Positions 12,157-24,539 of a stretch of 64,000 nucleotides of DNA are shown in pieces. Position 1 is the first letter of the stretch. Each line of letters begins with the position of its first letter. The stretch is taken from assembly GCF_036365525.1 (NCBI RefSeq), contig NC_090380.1, forward strand, positions 71,971,757 through 72,035,756, written 5' to 3'. Source of the stretch: Heterodontus francisci (Eukaryota). Position numbers and translations under genes: made by a program. The notes under the pieces were generated by a model, which worked only from the letters and a program-made list of their open reading frames with translations, searched no databases and was not told where the DNA came from.

Positions 12157-14904
12157 GGGCAGGATTGGCAGCTAAATGTTCCAGGCTTCAGAAGCTTCAG
12201 GCGGGATAGAGGGGGATGTAAAAGGGGTGGGGGAGTTGCATTACTGGTTAAGGAGAATATCACAGCTGTACTGCGGGAGGACTCCTCAGAGGGGTCATGC
12301 AGCGAGGCAATATGGGTGGAGCTCAGGAATAGGAAGGGTGCAGTCACGATGTTGGGGGTTTACTACAGGCCTCCCAACAGCCAGCGGGAGGTAGAGGAGC
12401 AGATATGTAGACAGATTTTGGAAAGATGTAAAGGTAACAGGGTTGTAGTGGTATTGACTGGGATTCACTTAGTGCTAGGGGCTTGGATGGGGCAGAATTT
12501 GTAAGGAGCATCCAGGAGGGCTTCTTGAAACAATATGTAGATAGTCCAACTAGGGATGGGGCCATTCTGGACTTGGTATTGGGGAATGAGCCCGGCCAGG
12601 TGGTCGAAGTTTCAGTGGGGGAGCATTTCGGGAACAGTGACCATAATTCCATAAGTTTTAAGGTACGTTTGGATAAGGAGAAGAGTAGTCCTCGGGTGAA
12701 GGTGCTAAAGTGGGAGAAGGCTAATTATAACAATATTAGGCAGGAACTGAAGAATTTAGATTGGGGGCGGCTGTTAGAGGGTAAATCAACATCTGACATG
12801 TGGGAATCTTTCAAACGTCCGCTGATTAGAATCCAGGACCAGCATGCTCCTGTGAGGAAGAAAGACAAGTTTGGCAAGTTTCAGGAACCTTGGATAACGC
12901 GGGATATTGTGAGCCCAGTCAAAAAGAAAAATGAAGCATTTGTAAGGGCTGGAAGGCTAGGAACAGATGAAGCACTTGAGGAATATAAAGACAGTAGGAA
13001 GGAACTTAAGCAATGAGTTAGGAGGGCTAAAAGGGGTCATGAAAAGTCATTGGCAAACAGGATTAAGGAAAATCCCAAGGCTTTTTATACATCTATAAAG
13101 AGCAAGAGGGTAACCAGGGAAAGGGTTGGCCCACTCAAGGACAGAGATGGGAATCTATGCGTGGAGCCAGAGGAAATAGGCGAGGTACTAAATGAGTACT
13201 TTGCATCAGTATTCACCAAGGAGAAGGACTTGGTGGATGATGAGCCTAGGGAAGGGAGTGCAAATAGTCTCAGTCATCTCATTATCAAAAAGGAGGAGGT
13301 GTTGGGTGTCTTGCAAAGCATTAAGGTAGATAAGTCCCCAGGGCCTGATGGGATCTACCCTAGAATACTGAGGGAGGCAAGGGAAGAAATTGCTGGGGTC
13401 TTGACAGAAATCTTTGCATCCTCATTGGCTACAGGTGAGGTCCCAGAGGACTGGAGAATAGCCAATGTTGTTCCTTTGTTTAAGAAGGGTGGCAAGGATA
13501 ATCCAGGAAATTATAGGCCGGTGAGCCTTACGTCAGTGGTAGGGAAACTATTAGAGAGGATTCTTCGGGAGAGGATTTACTCCCATTTGGAAACAAACGA
13601 ACTTATTAGCGAGAGACAGCATGGTTTTGTGAAGGGGAGGTCGTGTTTTACTAATTTGATTGAGTTTTTTGAGGAAGTGACGAAGATGAGGGAAGGGCGG
13701 TGGATGTTGTCTATATGGACTTTAGTAAAGCCTTTGATAAGGTCCCGCATGGCAGACTGGTGCAAAAGGTGAAGTCACACGGGATCAGAGGTGAGCTGGC
13801 AAGATGGATACAGTACTGGCTCGGTCATAGAAGACAGAGGGTAACAGCGGATGGGTGTTTTTCTGAATGGAGGTATGTGACTAGTGGTGTTCCGCAGGGA
13901 TCAGTGCTGGGACCTTTGCTGTTTGTAGTATATATAAATGATTTGGAGGAAAATGTAGCTGGTCTGATTAGTAAGTTTGCGGATGACACAAAGGTTGGCG
14001 GAGTTGCGGATAATGATGAGGATTGTCAGAGGATACAGCAGGATATAGATCGGTTGGAGACTTGGGCGGAGAAATGGCAGATGGAGTTTAATCCGGACAA
14101 ATGTGAGGTAATGCATTTTGGAAGGTCTAATGCAGGTGGGAAGTATACAGTAAATGGCAGAACCCTTAGGAGTATTGACAGGCAGAGAGATCTGGACTTA
14201 CAGGTCCACAGGTCACTGAAAGTGGCAACGCAGGTGGATAAGGTAGTCAAGAAGGCATTCGGCATGCTTGCCTTCATCGGTTGGGGCATAGAGTATAAAA
14301 ATTGGCAAGTCATGTTGCAGCTGTACAGAACCTTAGTTAGGCCACACTTAGAATATTGCGTGAAATTCTGGTCGCCACACTACCAGAAGGACGTGGAGGC
14401 TTTGGAGAGGGTACAGAGGAGGTTTACCAGGATGTTGCCTGGTCTGGAGGGCATTAGCTATGAGGAGAGGTTGGAAAAACTCGGATTGTTTTCACTGGAA
14501 CGGCGGAGGTGGAGGGGCGACATGATAGAGGTTTACAAAGTTATGAGCGGCATGGACAGAGTGGATAGTCAGAAGCATTTTCCCAGGGTGGAAGAGTCAG
14601 TTACTAGGGGACATAGGTTTAAGGTGCGAGGGGCAAAGTTTAGAGGGGATGTGCGAGGCAAGTTTTTTTTTTTTTTTTACATAGAGGGTGGTGAGTGCCT
14701 GGAACTTGCTGCCAGGGAAGGTGGTGGAAGCGGATACGATAGCGACGTTTAAGAGACATCTTGACAAATATATGAATAGGAAGGGAATAGAGGGATATGG
14801 GCCCCGGAAGTGCAGAAGGTGTTCGTTTCGGCAGGCATCAAGATTGGCGCAGGCTTGGAGGGCCGAACGGCCTGTTCCTGTGCTGTACTGTTCTTTGTTC
14901 TTTG
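12157..14904 (+). mobile_element. 5'-truncated HER1/CR1 LINE with little-decayed ORF2
   Basis: Long ORFs 12483-13016, 13050-13772 and 13700-14752 with SDHN, NYRPVSLTS, QHGF, SGVPQGSVLGP and KFADD; (ttctttg)n tail. Confidence 0.95.
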
Positions 14905-16060
14905 AGTCCAGCAGTGCCCAAACCTAATGGAGACAGAGTGTGCATCGGCATGAGGCAGTGGTTAGAGATTGCCATCCTATACCAACTGTCGAGATATTAA
15001 CAAGTAAGGTTTTTTCCAAGTTTGACTTAAAGTGGGGTTCCACCAGCAAGAGTTGCATCCAGATTCTGGGAAGGTAACAATGTTTGTCTCACACTGTGGA
15101 CTATACCAATACAGAAGGCTATTATTTGGCATAAATGCAGCACATGAGATTTACCAGCATGAGATCCATAAAGTAATTCAAGGTGTTCAAGGAGCGGCCA
15201 ATATTTCAGATGGCATCATCATTCATGGTGCCTCGTGAAGAACTTGAGATTGAGACTAGTGTTGGCAAGGTTGCAAGCAGTGGATCAAACCGTGCTGACA
15301 AACGCCTATTCGGAATGTCAGCTGGTATTCATGGTTCACAAGTTGACGAGCCAAGGCATTAATCCAGCGAGAGAGTTTTTTAAGGCAGTGGCAGAGGCAA
15401 GAGAAGCACACAATGCCAGTGAGGTGAGAAGATTTCCTGGTCTTGTAAACAATTTGTGCAAAATTCATACCAAACTTTGCTGCAATGGCTTATCCATTGA
15501 GGAAGTTAATGAAGAATGAACGATCTATATTTGGCCAAGAGTCGAAAGATGCATTCAGAGCACTGAAGGAAAGTTTGAGTGCTCACATGCTTGGATGTTA
15601 TAATCCCCAAGCTTCAATGAAGGTAATTTGCAGGTGCAAATCCTGCGGGACTAGAAGCAGCGCTAGTACAGACACTTGAGTCATTGTTTACGCAAGCCAG
15701 TCTTTGACAGATGTGGAGAGGTGATTATTCCCAAAAAGAGAAAGAGGCCTTGGGACTAGTGTGGGCATGCACAAGATTTCATGCATACTTGTTTGGCATC
15801 AGATCTGAGTTGCTGACAGACCATAAATCACTGGAGGCAATATACTCAGGTCAAAACCATGTGCTGTGAATGAGAGGTGCGTACTTAGACTTCAACAATA
15901 CAAGTACAAGGCGAATCACATTGTGGGGAAGACTAGCATTAACATTGCGGATCCATTCACCAGACTACTCAAGGTGGAAGGGTCTATGCTCGAGAAGGAA
16001 GCGGAATCTTTTGTGATTTGTAGTGATACCCAGAGCAATAGCAACTAGGGAGATAGTCAG
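14905..16060 (+). pseudogene. Gypsy RT-RNase H remnant
   Basis: PKPNGD, FSKFDLK.GFHQ.EL, GLYQYRRLLFGINAA, NISDGIIIHG (decayed YxDD), EKEALGLVWAC, LTDHKSL, NIADPFTRL. Confidence 0.88.
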
Positions 16061-16149
16061 TCAGAGATCCAGAACTAGAAGACATCAGACAGAGGATCCA
16101 GACAGGAGAGTTGGAGAAGTGTCTACACCAGTCTTGTGTTGCTTTTGGC

Positions 16150-16402
16150 CGACTCAATGTGCAAGACTCACTAACACCAAGCTGATCCTGAGGACCAAGC
16201 TGATGGTTTATAAGGCCTGCGCTCTCAACACCTTGCCGTATGACTGAAACATGGCTACCAGAAAAGAAGCTCAATAATTTCGATCTTTGCTGTCTGCGGT
16301 GCATTATGGGTATATGCTGGCTGGACAAAATCTCATGCTCCCAAGACTATTGGCACAAATCAAACAGAAGCAGCTTCAGTGGATCAGACTTATCCACAGG
16401 AT
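16150..16402 (+). mobile_element. RTE LINE fragment
   Basis: NTKLILRTKLMVYKAC; homologous to 53255-53550. Confidence 0.8.
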
Positions 16403-16626
16403 AAAACTTTTTCCCTAGCGAGCAGTGGAGGCTGAGTAATTGTAGCTATTCAAAGCTGAGTTAGGCAGATTTTTGATCTACAAAAGAGTCAAGGGGTTGG
16501 TGGGGGGGGGAGGTAGGTGAGGAAGTGGAGTTAAGGCCATAATCAGATTAGCCCTGGTCTTATTGAATGGCGGAGCAGGCTCGAGGGGCCGAATAGCCTA
16601 CTCCTGCTCCTATTTCTTGTGTTCTA
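16403..16626 (+). mobile_element. CR1 3' end
   Basis: gaatggcggagcaggctcgaggggccgaatagcctactcctgctcctatttc CR1 tail. Confidence 0.8.
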
Positions 16627-17316
16627 ATGACGAGGAAGAACCTAGCGTTGTTCAGACACAAAATCTGCACTAAGTTGTTGGAAATCAGAGCCATCGTTGA
16701 TCAAGAAGTTTGAGACCATGATCCTGAGAAGAAGGGTATATCCTAGTTTAATGTAGATCATAGGGATGCCAGATAGTCTGACGTGATGCCATCTGATGAA
16801 CATTGGTTAGACAAGAGAGTCTGAGCAAGATGGACACAACATTCTTTCCAGAACTGTATAATACTTCCAAGACTGGAAATAGGATGACTGTGAGGTCACC
16901 ACAAGGAGTAGAATATGACACAAATACAAGCATTGCAGTAGTTTTATGATGCAGAACCCAGAGTCTAAGCTAAATCTAGTTCCAAAACAAGATGCACAAA
17001 TGGGGGAACAGCAAGTAGCAGTTTGACATCGATGAGGTTCAGATGATAGCAGGAACTGATGAGGTACCTAGACCAGAATCCGTAGTCTCCAACAGCAGGC
17101 TGACAATTTGCAGTCCAGAGGCACAGATGAAGGCGCCTGAAAGGAAGCTGGTGCCATCAAGTCCAGCGACGATATCCAGAGTTTCTGAGATGGCAGGCAA
17201 AGCTAAGCATCAGAGGAGACCACCCCAGAGATATGAGGATTTTACCTAAAGTGCATGTGTTCATTTGTGTATTGCCAGAAAATCATGGACATGTTTTCAG
17301 TCTGATAAGGGAGGGA

Positions 17317-17543
17317 TGTCATGATAACAATGTTATGTGGACTTGCGTATTCAATACAATTTGGTACACATATTAAATACAATATGGTACATGCAGCACT
17401 AGTAAGGTCATGTGACCTAGGGGTTCAAGAGGTCAGACAACATGTTGAAAGACTGTATCTCTGGCGTTAAGATGGCTGAATAAAGTTTGTGAAGCAAAGT
17501 TCAAGTGCAGTCTTGCTAGGTGCCATTACTGGAGGATCCAACA
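17317..17543 (+). repeat. Gypsy 3' LTR
   Basis: Follows the PPT (17307-17316); TGTCA...CAACA ends; internal AATAAA. Confidence 0.88.
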
Positions 17544-18026
17544 CAACTGTCAATTGTTCGTGCATTTCCTAACATACTAATTCTCCTATTAATATATCAT
17601 ACTGTCACCACGAACTTTGCCAGGATTGCAGTTCTAACAGTATATGTATTTAGATTTATTTTGTAATTCATGTACAAAATATAAAATAGCAATGAAAAAG
17701 TCCAAAGGGTGAATTACAATCTTGATTTAGTTTTGATGATCTTGAATCACTCAAGTTTGTAAAATGATTGGAAGTTCTAGATTGAGTTACAAGTCTTTAA
17801 TTCCCTCTTTTTTTTTAAACAGATCTTCTCTTTGAAGCGACTGCTACTTAATTCATAGAAATGAGTTTGTGCTCTTCATGGGAGGGCAGGGCTCGTGCGT
17901 AGTCAGATTCTGGTTTAATGCCTAAAATAAAAGCAAAACACTGCAGATGCTGGAAATCTGAAATAAAAACAAGAAATGCTGGAAATACTCAGCAGGTCTG
18001 GCAGCATCTGTGGAGAGAGAAGCAGA

Positions 18027-18062
18027 GTTAACGTTTCAGGTCAGTGACCCTTCTTCAGGACT
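18027..18062 (-). ncRNA. Minimal type I hammerhead ribozyme motif (Penelope)
   Basis: Minus strand: agtc CTGAAGA agggtc act gacct GAAAC GTT aact. Confidence 0.7.
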
Positions 18063-18556
18063 GGCAGAGGCTAGAAATGTAATAGGTTTTAAGCAAGTAA
18101 AGTAGGGGTGGGGCAAGCAATAACAAAAGAGAAGGTATTGATAGAACAAGGTCACAGAGAATAACTGACCAGAAGGTCATGGAGCAAACGGTATGTTAAT
18201 GGTGTGGTGAAAGACAATATTAGTACAGAGAGGGTGTTAATTTGACAAAAACTGTCGGGGGCCCCCTTTTTCGTTTTTTCTTTTTTCTTTGTTTGTTTAG
18301 TTTGTTTCTACTGTGCCTACCTGCTTTTTTTTCATGTTTGCGTTTGGGGCCGGGGCTGTTAATTTGCCAGAGAAATGAGCACCCTCTTTGCACTACAGCT
18401 TTGTCTTTCAGCACGCCATTAACATGGTGTTTCCCTTTGCTCCATGACCTTCTGGTCAGTTATTCTCTGTGACCTTGTCCTATCAACACCTCTTGTTATC
18501 TCTCACCCCACCCCCGCTTTACTTGCTTAAAACCTAATACATTTCTAGTATTTGCC

Positions 18557-18593
18557 AGTTCTGAAGAAGGGTCACTGATGTGAAACATTAACT
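18557..18593 (+). ncRNA. Degenerate hammerhead motif (Penelope), sense to PTGFRN
   Basis: agtt CTGAAGA agggtc act gatgt GAAAC ATT aact; helix II and III partly broken. Confidence 0.5.
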
Positions 18594-19873
18594 CTGCTTC
18601 TCTCTCCACAGATGCTGCCAGACCTGCTGAGTATTTCCAGCATTTCTTGTTTTTATTTCTGGTTTAATGCCATTAGTTTCAAAACGCTAGTTTTCATCTG
18701 TGGAACACCAGCAAAGTTTAACTGTATAGAAGGCATCACCATTTCTTGGACAACACAGCTGATAACTTTTTCAGATACTTTATTTGAAACCACAGAGCCA
18801 CAAGGTGATAAAGTTCAGAAATGGTGGGTAGTTGAATTGTTTCATTAGATGGGCCATGTGCAATAGATAGAATGGAAATTTGTCATATCTGACCCCCTCA
18901 AAGCCTGAGCGAGTTCTCATTTAGTTCACTCCCACCAACTAGTTTGTATTTGGCCTGACGCTTTTTATGTTGGTAGTGACACTGGGTTTTCGAATTGGAA
19001 TTTCTCCTGACATTGTGGGTCTGCCCACTCTTTCTTGCTTGGATATATCTTAAATCTATCTGAGAGAATATTCCTGAAAACAGACCTTCAGGCCCACCAA
19101 ATGTCCATGTTAGCAGCATAAAAATATCTCTGGTGTCCACTGAACTGGCCCCAATTCCTGTCTTGAGCAAGGCAAAGCTTAATCCCTGAAGAGATTATTC
19201 AAGAAAATAGTGCATTTATTTCGTAATAGGGGGCCCATCACTTTTTCCAGCTGTGTTTATAAATGCACAACACTGAGTTGCGTCAAAAATATTGTGCCAC
19301 TTGCATGCAAGGTTGCCGTGATATACCAGTTATCAATGTTTGTGTCTCCTTGGTGTCTTTCTCCCCCAGATATCAGCAGGTCCTCCTCTCATACAAGTTC
19401 TCTCTATTACATATTAAACAAGCAGGAATGCTCTGCAGATTGATATGGAATTATTCTATAACTTGGTAAATATGGCAGCACGCAAAGGATCTGAACCAAT
19501 TCTATAAACCTAGGCGGTTGGACATTTTATGAGGTAATTGTGCAGGGAACTTTGTGGGTGCTCAAATTCTGGCTTGTATGCTGGGTAAGACTGTGTCTGT
19601 TCAGCGATTGAATTGCTCTCATAAAGGCTCTCATAAACTTGTCCATGCTTTCTGATCTATACAATATTGTATGGATTTTTAATGAGTACAGAACCCGGAA
19701 ATTCATCAAATGATGAAATTTTATGGACCGTCATCGCCTTTAGTAGTACAAGTTAATTCCATTGAACCCTCTATCTGTGATTTATCTGGAGTCTGCATTT
19801 ACTTGCATGTTTACCACATTTTTACAAATGACCACAAAATTGACTTTTGGCTCTTGTCTGTTCTGAAGATATT

Positions 19874-20606
19874 GGCCCATAATTTGCTGTCAAAAATAAT
19901 AGGGAGGCTAATCGAGTTGGGCATTATTTATGTCCAAATGATGCAGCAACTTCGGGCGAGGGCAGATGTGTGGTTAAATGCGGAAATTCAAAAGTTACTG
20001 TCTGAAATGTGCTTCTCTGCTGTTACTCATGAAAACAGTATTTCACTGGCTGCCGCGCCATTCAGATACATTGGTGTGAAGTTGCTGTGTTTATGTGGTA
20101 GACACGAACTAAATTCGCCACAGAAGCTCGCTTCCATTTTGCCTAAGTACCTTTTCAATAATGTGTATGTCTTTAATTTCTGCCAGTCAACCCCTCTGGC
20201 ACTGAAAATAAACAATTATAAGTGCAGTGTCTCATTCCTTCAGGTTTTAATTGTTAAATATTTTTAAAATGTCGTCCAGTTTTAAATTACTTATTTTTTG
20301 CTTTTCCTTGTCTCTTCTCTCAAAGCAATCTTTCTTTCCCTCTCTTTCTGTATTTGGTTTGACATTGAATTCACCCACTCTAATTTACACTTCCTTCACT
20401 ATTCTTGCGCTGCTAATTTCACAATCCTTCAATCTGGTTAAGGAGATGCACATTGCTTGGCCTGTTCACTCAGGTCCCAGATGCCCAGTTTCTCTCGCTG
20501 CAACATTGAGTCACTTTTTTAGCAACTTGTGTAAAATATCATAATTAAACAGGCAAGGCTAACTAACAGCAGATGCTGTTTGATGCTCGCTCGCAAATTA
20601 TGCTCC
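19874..20606. mobile_element. Putative MITE/non-autonomous DNA transposon, copy 1
   Basis: Imperfect TIRs ggcccataatttgc / gcaaattatgctcc; internal homology to 36583-37345. Confidence 0.6.
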
Positions 20607-21214
20607 GTTGTATCTTTGTTTTGGTATGGTTCCACTTCACGTGTAAGCCTTGATATTGTGCAAGGATAGATGTTTACACCATATGAGTATTGAGATCACA
20701 TGCAGAACAAGTGTCTATTATTACTCCTTTTATTTACGAATCAATAACCCAGCTAGTCACATCTGGCTTCCCTGTTCGCCACAAGTGGCTAATGACTAAT
20801 GTATTGGACAGCACCGGCTTATTGCATCCATTTCTATCCTGAATTATGCATGGAGAAACAGATGACTCAAAATTTAAATTGTTGACCCTGATGGGAAGTG
20901 ATAATTTGTGAAATTAAGTATATAGTAAGTAATGGAAACACTAGTGCCAGTAAATGTCTTTTAAAATACACTTTTCTCATGTGCCTTTTAATGACTACCT
21001 TGCCATTTACCTGATGAGACAGAGATTGAAAACTCTTTTAGTCAATCAATTGAAAACGTATGCTACTAAACTATAGCTAGCTATGTTATGCTTGTTTGCC
21101 AGCATTTATTGACTTCATGTTGGTAAGGATGTGGGGATTTCTTCTGTTATTCAGTATTCTACGTCTTGGTTGAAAGGTATTCATATTTGTTTTTTTTTTT
21201 CCTTTCTCTTGCAG

Positions 21215-21580
21215 GACTGAGCTCAGGCCGTGTTGTGAAAGTCCCAGAAGGTACTCTGTACCGTGTAGTTGGAACACCAGTCAACATTCCTTGTAACGTC
21301 AGTCATTATCAAGGACCGCTTGAACAAAACTTTGATTGGTTTGTGATTCGGGAGCACCAGCAGATTAAGATTGTCAGCACATTGGAACCTGAATATTCGG
21401 ATGCTGAATACAAGGATAAAATCCAAAAGAAGGAAATTTGGGTGGAGAGACTCAGTGACAACTCTGTTGAGCTGCACTTCAAGAGTGCCCAACTTGAGGA
21501 TAAAGGGGTCTATCAATGCCAGACACCTAGCACTGATGAAAATAGTTCTGGAAATTATGAAGACACTGTGACTTTGGAGG
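21215..21580 (+). CDS. PTGFRN: PTGFRN coding exon 2 (Ig domain 1)
   Basis: Polypyrimidine tract plus ttgcag| acceptor and G|gtaaat donor; 366 bp, phase 1-1. Translates GLSSGRVVKVPEGTLYRVVGTPVNIPCNVSHYQGPLEQNFDW...DKGVYQCQTPSTD...GNYEDTVTLE, the typical EWI-family N-terminal Ig-V domain. Confidence 0.95.
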
Positions 21581-23199
21581 GTAAATTTTGCAAATGATGC
21601 ATTAAATGCTGTTAACTTTTTAAGTGGATACTTGTGTTGCATGACCACAAATTGATCCTACTTGTATCTACTCTCTCGCTGTTTAGAGCAAGATATATAT
21701 ACACTTTTCCAATGTTCTGCCTCCTCCCCTAAAGTTGTTAACTGATGGTAGGATCATAGGAAGCAGAAGTAGTAAGCCATTTGGCTATGATTCTGAGAGG
21801 TGGCAGTTCACTGGTATCTCACTCCAAGTGGCTGTCTTTTAATGTGGAAATCTTGACCGTAAGTGATTGCACAGCTGAACAAGCATCACAACTGAGTCTA
21901 TTCCTGTCTTTGCATACATGTGTGCAAAACGAGTGTACACTGCCTTTCCAATGGCGGTTCCTGGCTACTGATCAGGAAAAAGCAAGCCGGGGTACTGTTG
22001 CCAATTGTGTCCTTACTCCTGCCCGGGCTAAGATCAGTTAAATTAACAGCGTTCAGAAATTAAACTTTGTACCTTCCTGGTCTGTATTCACCCATTATAA
22101 TGAATTTATTTAATCCAAGTATAGTTTTGTTTTCTTATGTTTATGTTATAGTTTAGTTAGAATTGGGAAATCTGACCATTAAAGAAGCCAGCTTCACATG
22201 CCTTTACACTGTCTCTGGTTTAAAAGGTTGTGACCAAAGCCATCACGAGCACATCATGCCTCCTCACTGTGTCCCCTTAATACTTAGTAAATTGAAGCTA
22301 GGTTCCAGTAGGGATAGATGAACATGCAGCCTGCTCATCTACAAAATAATAAAATACATAAATATTTTTGACTTGTGTGTAGGGACCAGATTCTCTCCGC
22401 ATCCTCAGTTATGGACTAGACCACCACAGCCCTAGAGCAGCTCGATATTAGAATACAGGCTGCCTTGCTCCACCTACCCCATGTTTATCCCGTTGTGCCT
22501 AAATCCTGACTGCTTGGGGCCCCCTCATCACTATTTCGAGAGACAGCAGCATCTTCAGTTTTCACTCCCGATAGTCCAATAGTGTAGGACCTTGGCTTTA
22601 CTGGCCTAATCATCAGTTGGAGAACAGATCAAATAGTCCCAGTTAGGTCTTGGAAGACCTGAGCTATGGTGCTGTTACGGTTGTCTTGCCAGGAGTCGCT
22701 GGAAGCAGTTCATAGCTTCCATTCCAGAGACAATGACTATCCAAGGGTCTTATAGCTACAGATCTCTCTTGGACAGCCACAAACTCCTGGGTGGTCTGCA
22801 TTGCTTCATATGTTTCCTTCATTATGTTGTTGATGTGAGTTGTAGACTTTGGCAACTTATCCATCTTTGGAAGTGCAATTGTGGAAACCATCTCCACTGC
22901 TTGCAGGAGTTCTCCTACTTTTTATATACTTTTTTTCATATCATTATTCAGCACCTGAGAATTAGGCCCCTAGGCTCCTCAGCAGGGGGCAGTTGTTCTG
23001 CGATCCTCTGATCAGGCTTAGTTATCTCTTCACCGTATGCCTCCTGCTCTCTGGTTCCCTTTGCAAGACCTTGCGATATTCATTCTGATTCATTTTGTCT
23101 CCACCCTCGAGTGGTGTATCTGAACAGTTAGTAAGGTGCCATGATTACTTCGTTGTGGTTGGTGTGGGAGTTGTTGAAGTGCCAGTGCAGCAAACTCGC

Positions 23200-23540
23200 A
23201 CTGAGCAATGTGCCACCAATAACAATAAGCTGAATGATGAGTTGATCTGGTATTGGTGATGGTGATTGAAAGATATGTGCTTACTAGAGCATTGGCAGAA
23301 CTCCCCAGATCCTCTTTGATCTCTTGTGTCCACCTAAGGTGACAGACGGTCTCCGTTTAACATCTTTTCTGAAAGATGATACAAAGCCTGTATCATTAAC
23401 TATGAGATAACATTATTGCCATTGCAGTACTCACTCAGTATTGCACTGAAATGGCAGCTCAGGTTATCTGCCTTGGAGTTGGATTTGAACCCACAACTTT
23501 CTGACTCTGGTCAATGCACTACCACTGAGCCAAAACTGAC
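23200..23540 (-). mobile_element. Old tRNA-headed Deu-type SINE
   Basis: Minus strand begins tggctcagtggtag...gggttcaaatcc (A/B boxes), followed by a Deu-like ctttcagaaaagatgttaaac segment. Confidence 0.6.
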
Positions 23541-23933
23541 ACTTCATCTTCCATCCCAGAGTTTTGAAGCCAGCTGACCTGAGCTGAATATAAAATATTA
23601 ATCTTAATCAGAATTCTGCCAAATTTTAATTGTTGTACTTCACTGATAATTGTTTTGTCTTATCAGATTATATTTTCTATTTTGAAACTATTTGGCACCA
23701 CTGCACTTAGCTTTCCTTTATTCTCACCCCGCACAATGTAAAGGTTGTCTCTTGGGGAATAGGTTTGAAAGTACACTGTTCCAATTGGCACAGTGGGCCA
23801 TGTTCAAACACAATTATAGGACATCAAATATGTGATAAGATTTTGTTTCTGTAGTGCATCAGTGTTGTAGTTTGAATAGAATGGTAATTAGTGAAAGTTG
23901 CAAAGAATCCAATAATTAGATGGTTCAAAATGG

Positions 23934-24272
23934 GGCGGCACAGTGGCGCAGTGATTAGCACCGCAGCCTCACAGCTTCAGCGACCCGGGTTCAATTCTGG
24001 GTACTGTCTGTGTGGAGTTTGCAAGTTCTCCCTGTGTCTGCGTGGGTTTTCTCCAGGTGCTCCGGTTTCCTCCCACATGCCAAAGACTTGCAGGTTGATA
24101 GGTAAAATTGGCCATTATAAATTGCCCCTAGTATAGGTACGTGGTAGGGATATGGAATTAGTGTAGGATTAGTATAAATGGGTGGTTGATGGTCGGCACA
24201 GACTCGGTGGGCCGAAGGGCCTGTTTCAGTGCTGTATCTCTAAATAAAAAATAAATAAAAATAAAATAAATA
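23934..24272 (+). mobile_element. Full-length HE1-type V-SINE
   Basis: ggcggcacagtggcgcagtg..(A box)..gggttcaattc (B box), V domain gtgtggagtttgca..ggtgctccggtttcctcccaca, CR1 tail, (TAAA)n; TSD AAAATGG. Confidence 0.9.
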
Positions 24273-24539
24273 AAAATGGCAAAATTTGTGATTAAACAGT
24301 AGTAGGGACTCTGCCTGCATTGTCCACAGAAATCAACTGTTGCTCTTCATTTTGTGTGCACTATGAACATGGTAGGGATGATAAAGCAATAACAACTTGC
24401 ATTTATGTTATCCCTTTAAGGGATGGTAGAAAAGAAGGCCTCCTTTAAGTACAGGACAGAGTATTAGCTGTCACTATGTTGTCTCACAGTTAATGATACA
24501 GGCTTTGTTTTCACTTGTCAGTTTGGGAATTCCAATCAA

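Larger units (their letters stand above)
3431..17543 (+). mobile_element. Decayed Gypsy (Mag/K02A2.6-like) LTR retrotransposon with nested insertions
   Basis: Two homologous LTRs (3431-~3970, 17317-17543), TG...CA outer ends, 5-bp TSD CAACT (3426-3430, 17544-17548), PPT AAGGGAGGGA before the 3' LTR, and gag/PR/RT/RNaseH remnants in order. Confidence 0.9.
17923..18656. mobile_element. Non-coding Penelope insertion: two inverted terminal-repeat (pLTR) copies
   Basis: ~17955-18240 is the reverse complement of ~18380-18656. Both arms match the 3' ends of the GIY-YIG-coding elements at 31692-32880 and 62316-63752. 15-bp direct repeat TTCTGGTTTAATGCC at 17908-17922 and 18657-18671. Confidence 0.9.

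Noticed and set aside
10714-16060. Domesticated Gypsy-derived gene
   Set aside because: Numerous stops and frameshifts, a mutated RT active site (ISDG), LINE interruptions and a lost integrase.
1-21214. PTGFRN exon 1 or promoter
   Set aside because: No ATG plus hydrophobic signal peptide with a phase-1 donor, and no CpG island, in the unique stretches; probably upstream of the window.
21166-21214. Apparent signal peptide MVERYSYLFFFFLSLA in the ORF track
   Set aside because: Starts at TTG and is the translated polypyrimidine tract of the exon 2 acceptor.
22390-23140. Possible decayed transposon accessory ORF on the minus strand (22664-22897)
   Set aside because: Too degenerate to assign to any family from sequence alone.
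23934-24005. tRNA gene
   Set aside because: tRNA-like head of a SINE, continuous with the V domain and LINE tail; the same applies to 8110 and ~23530.
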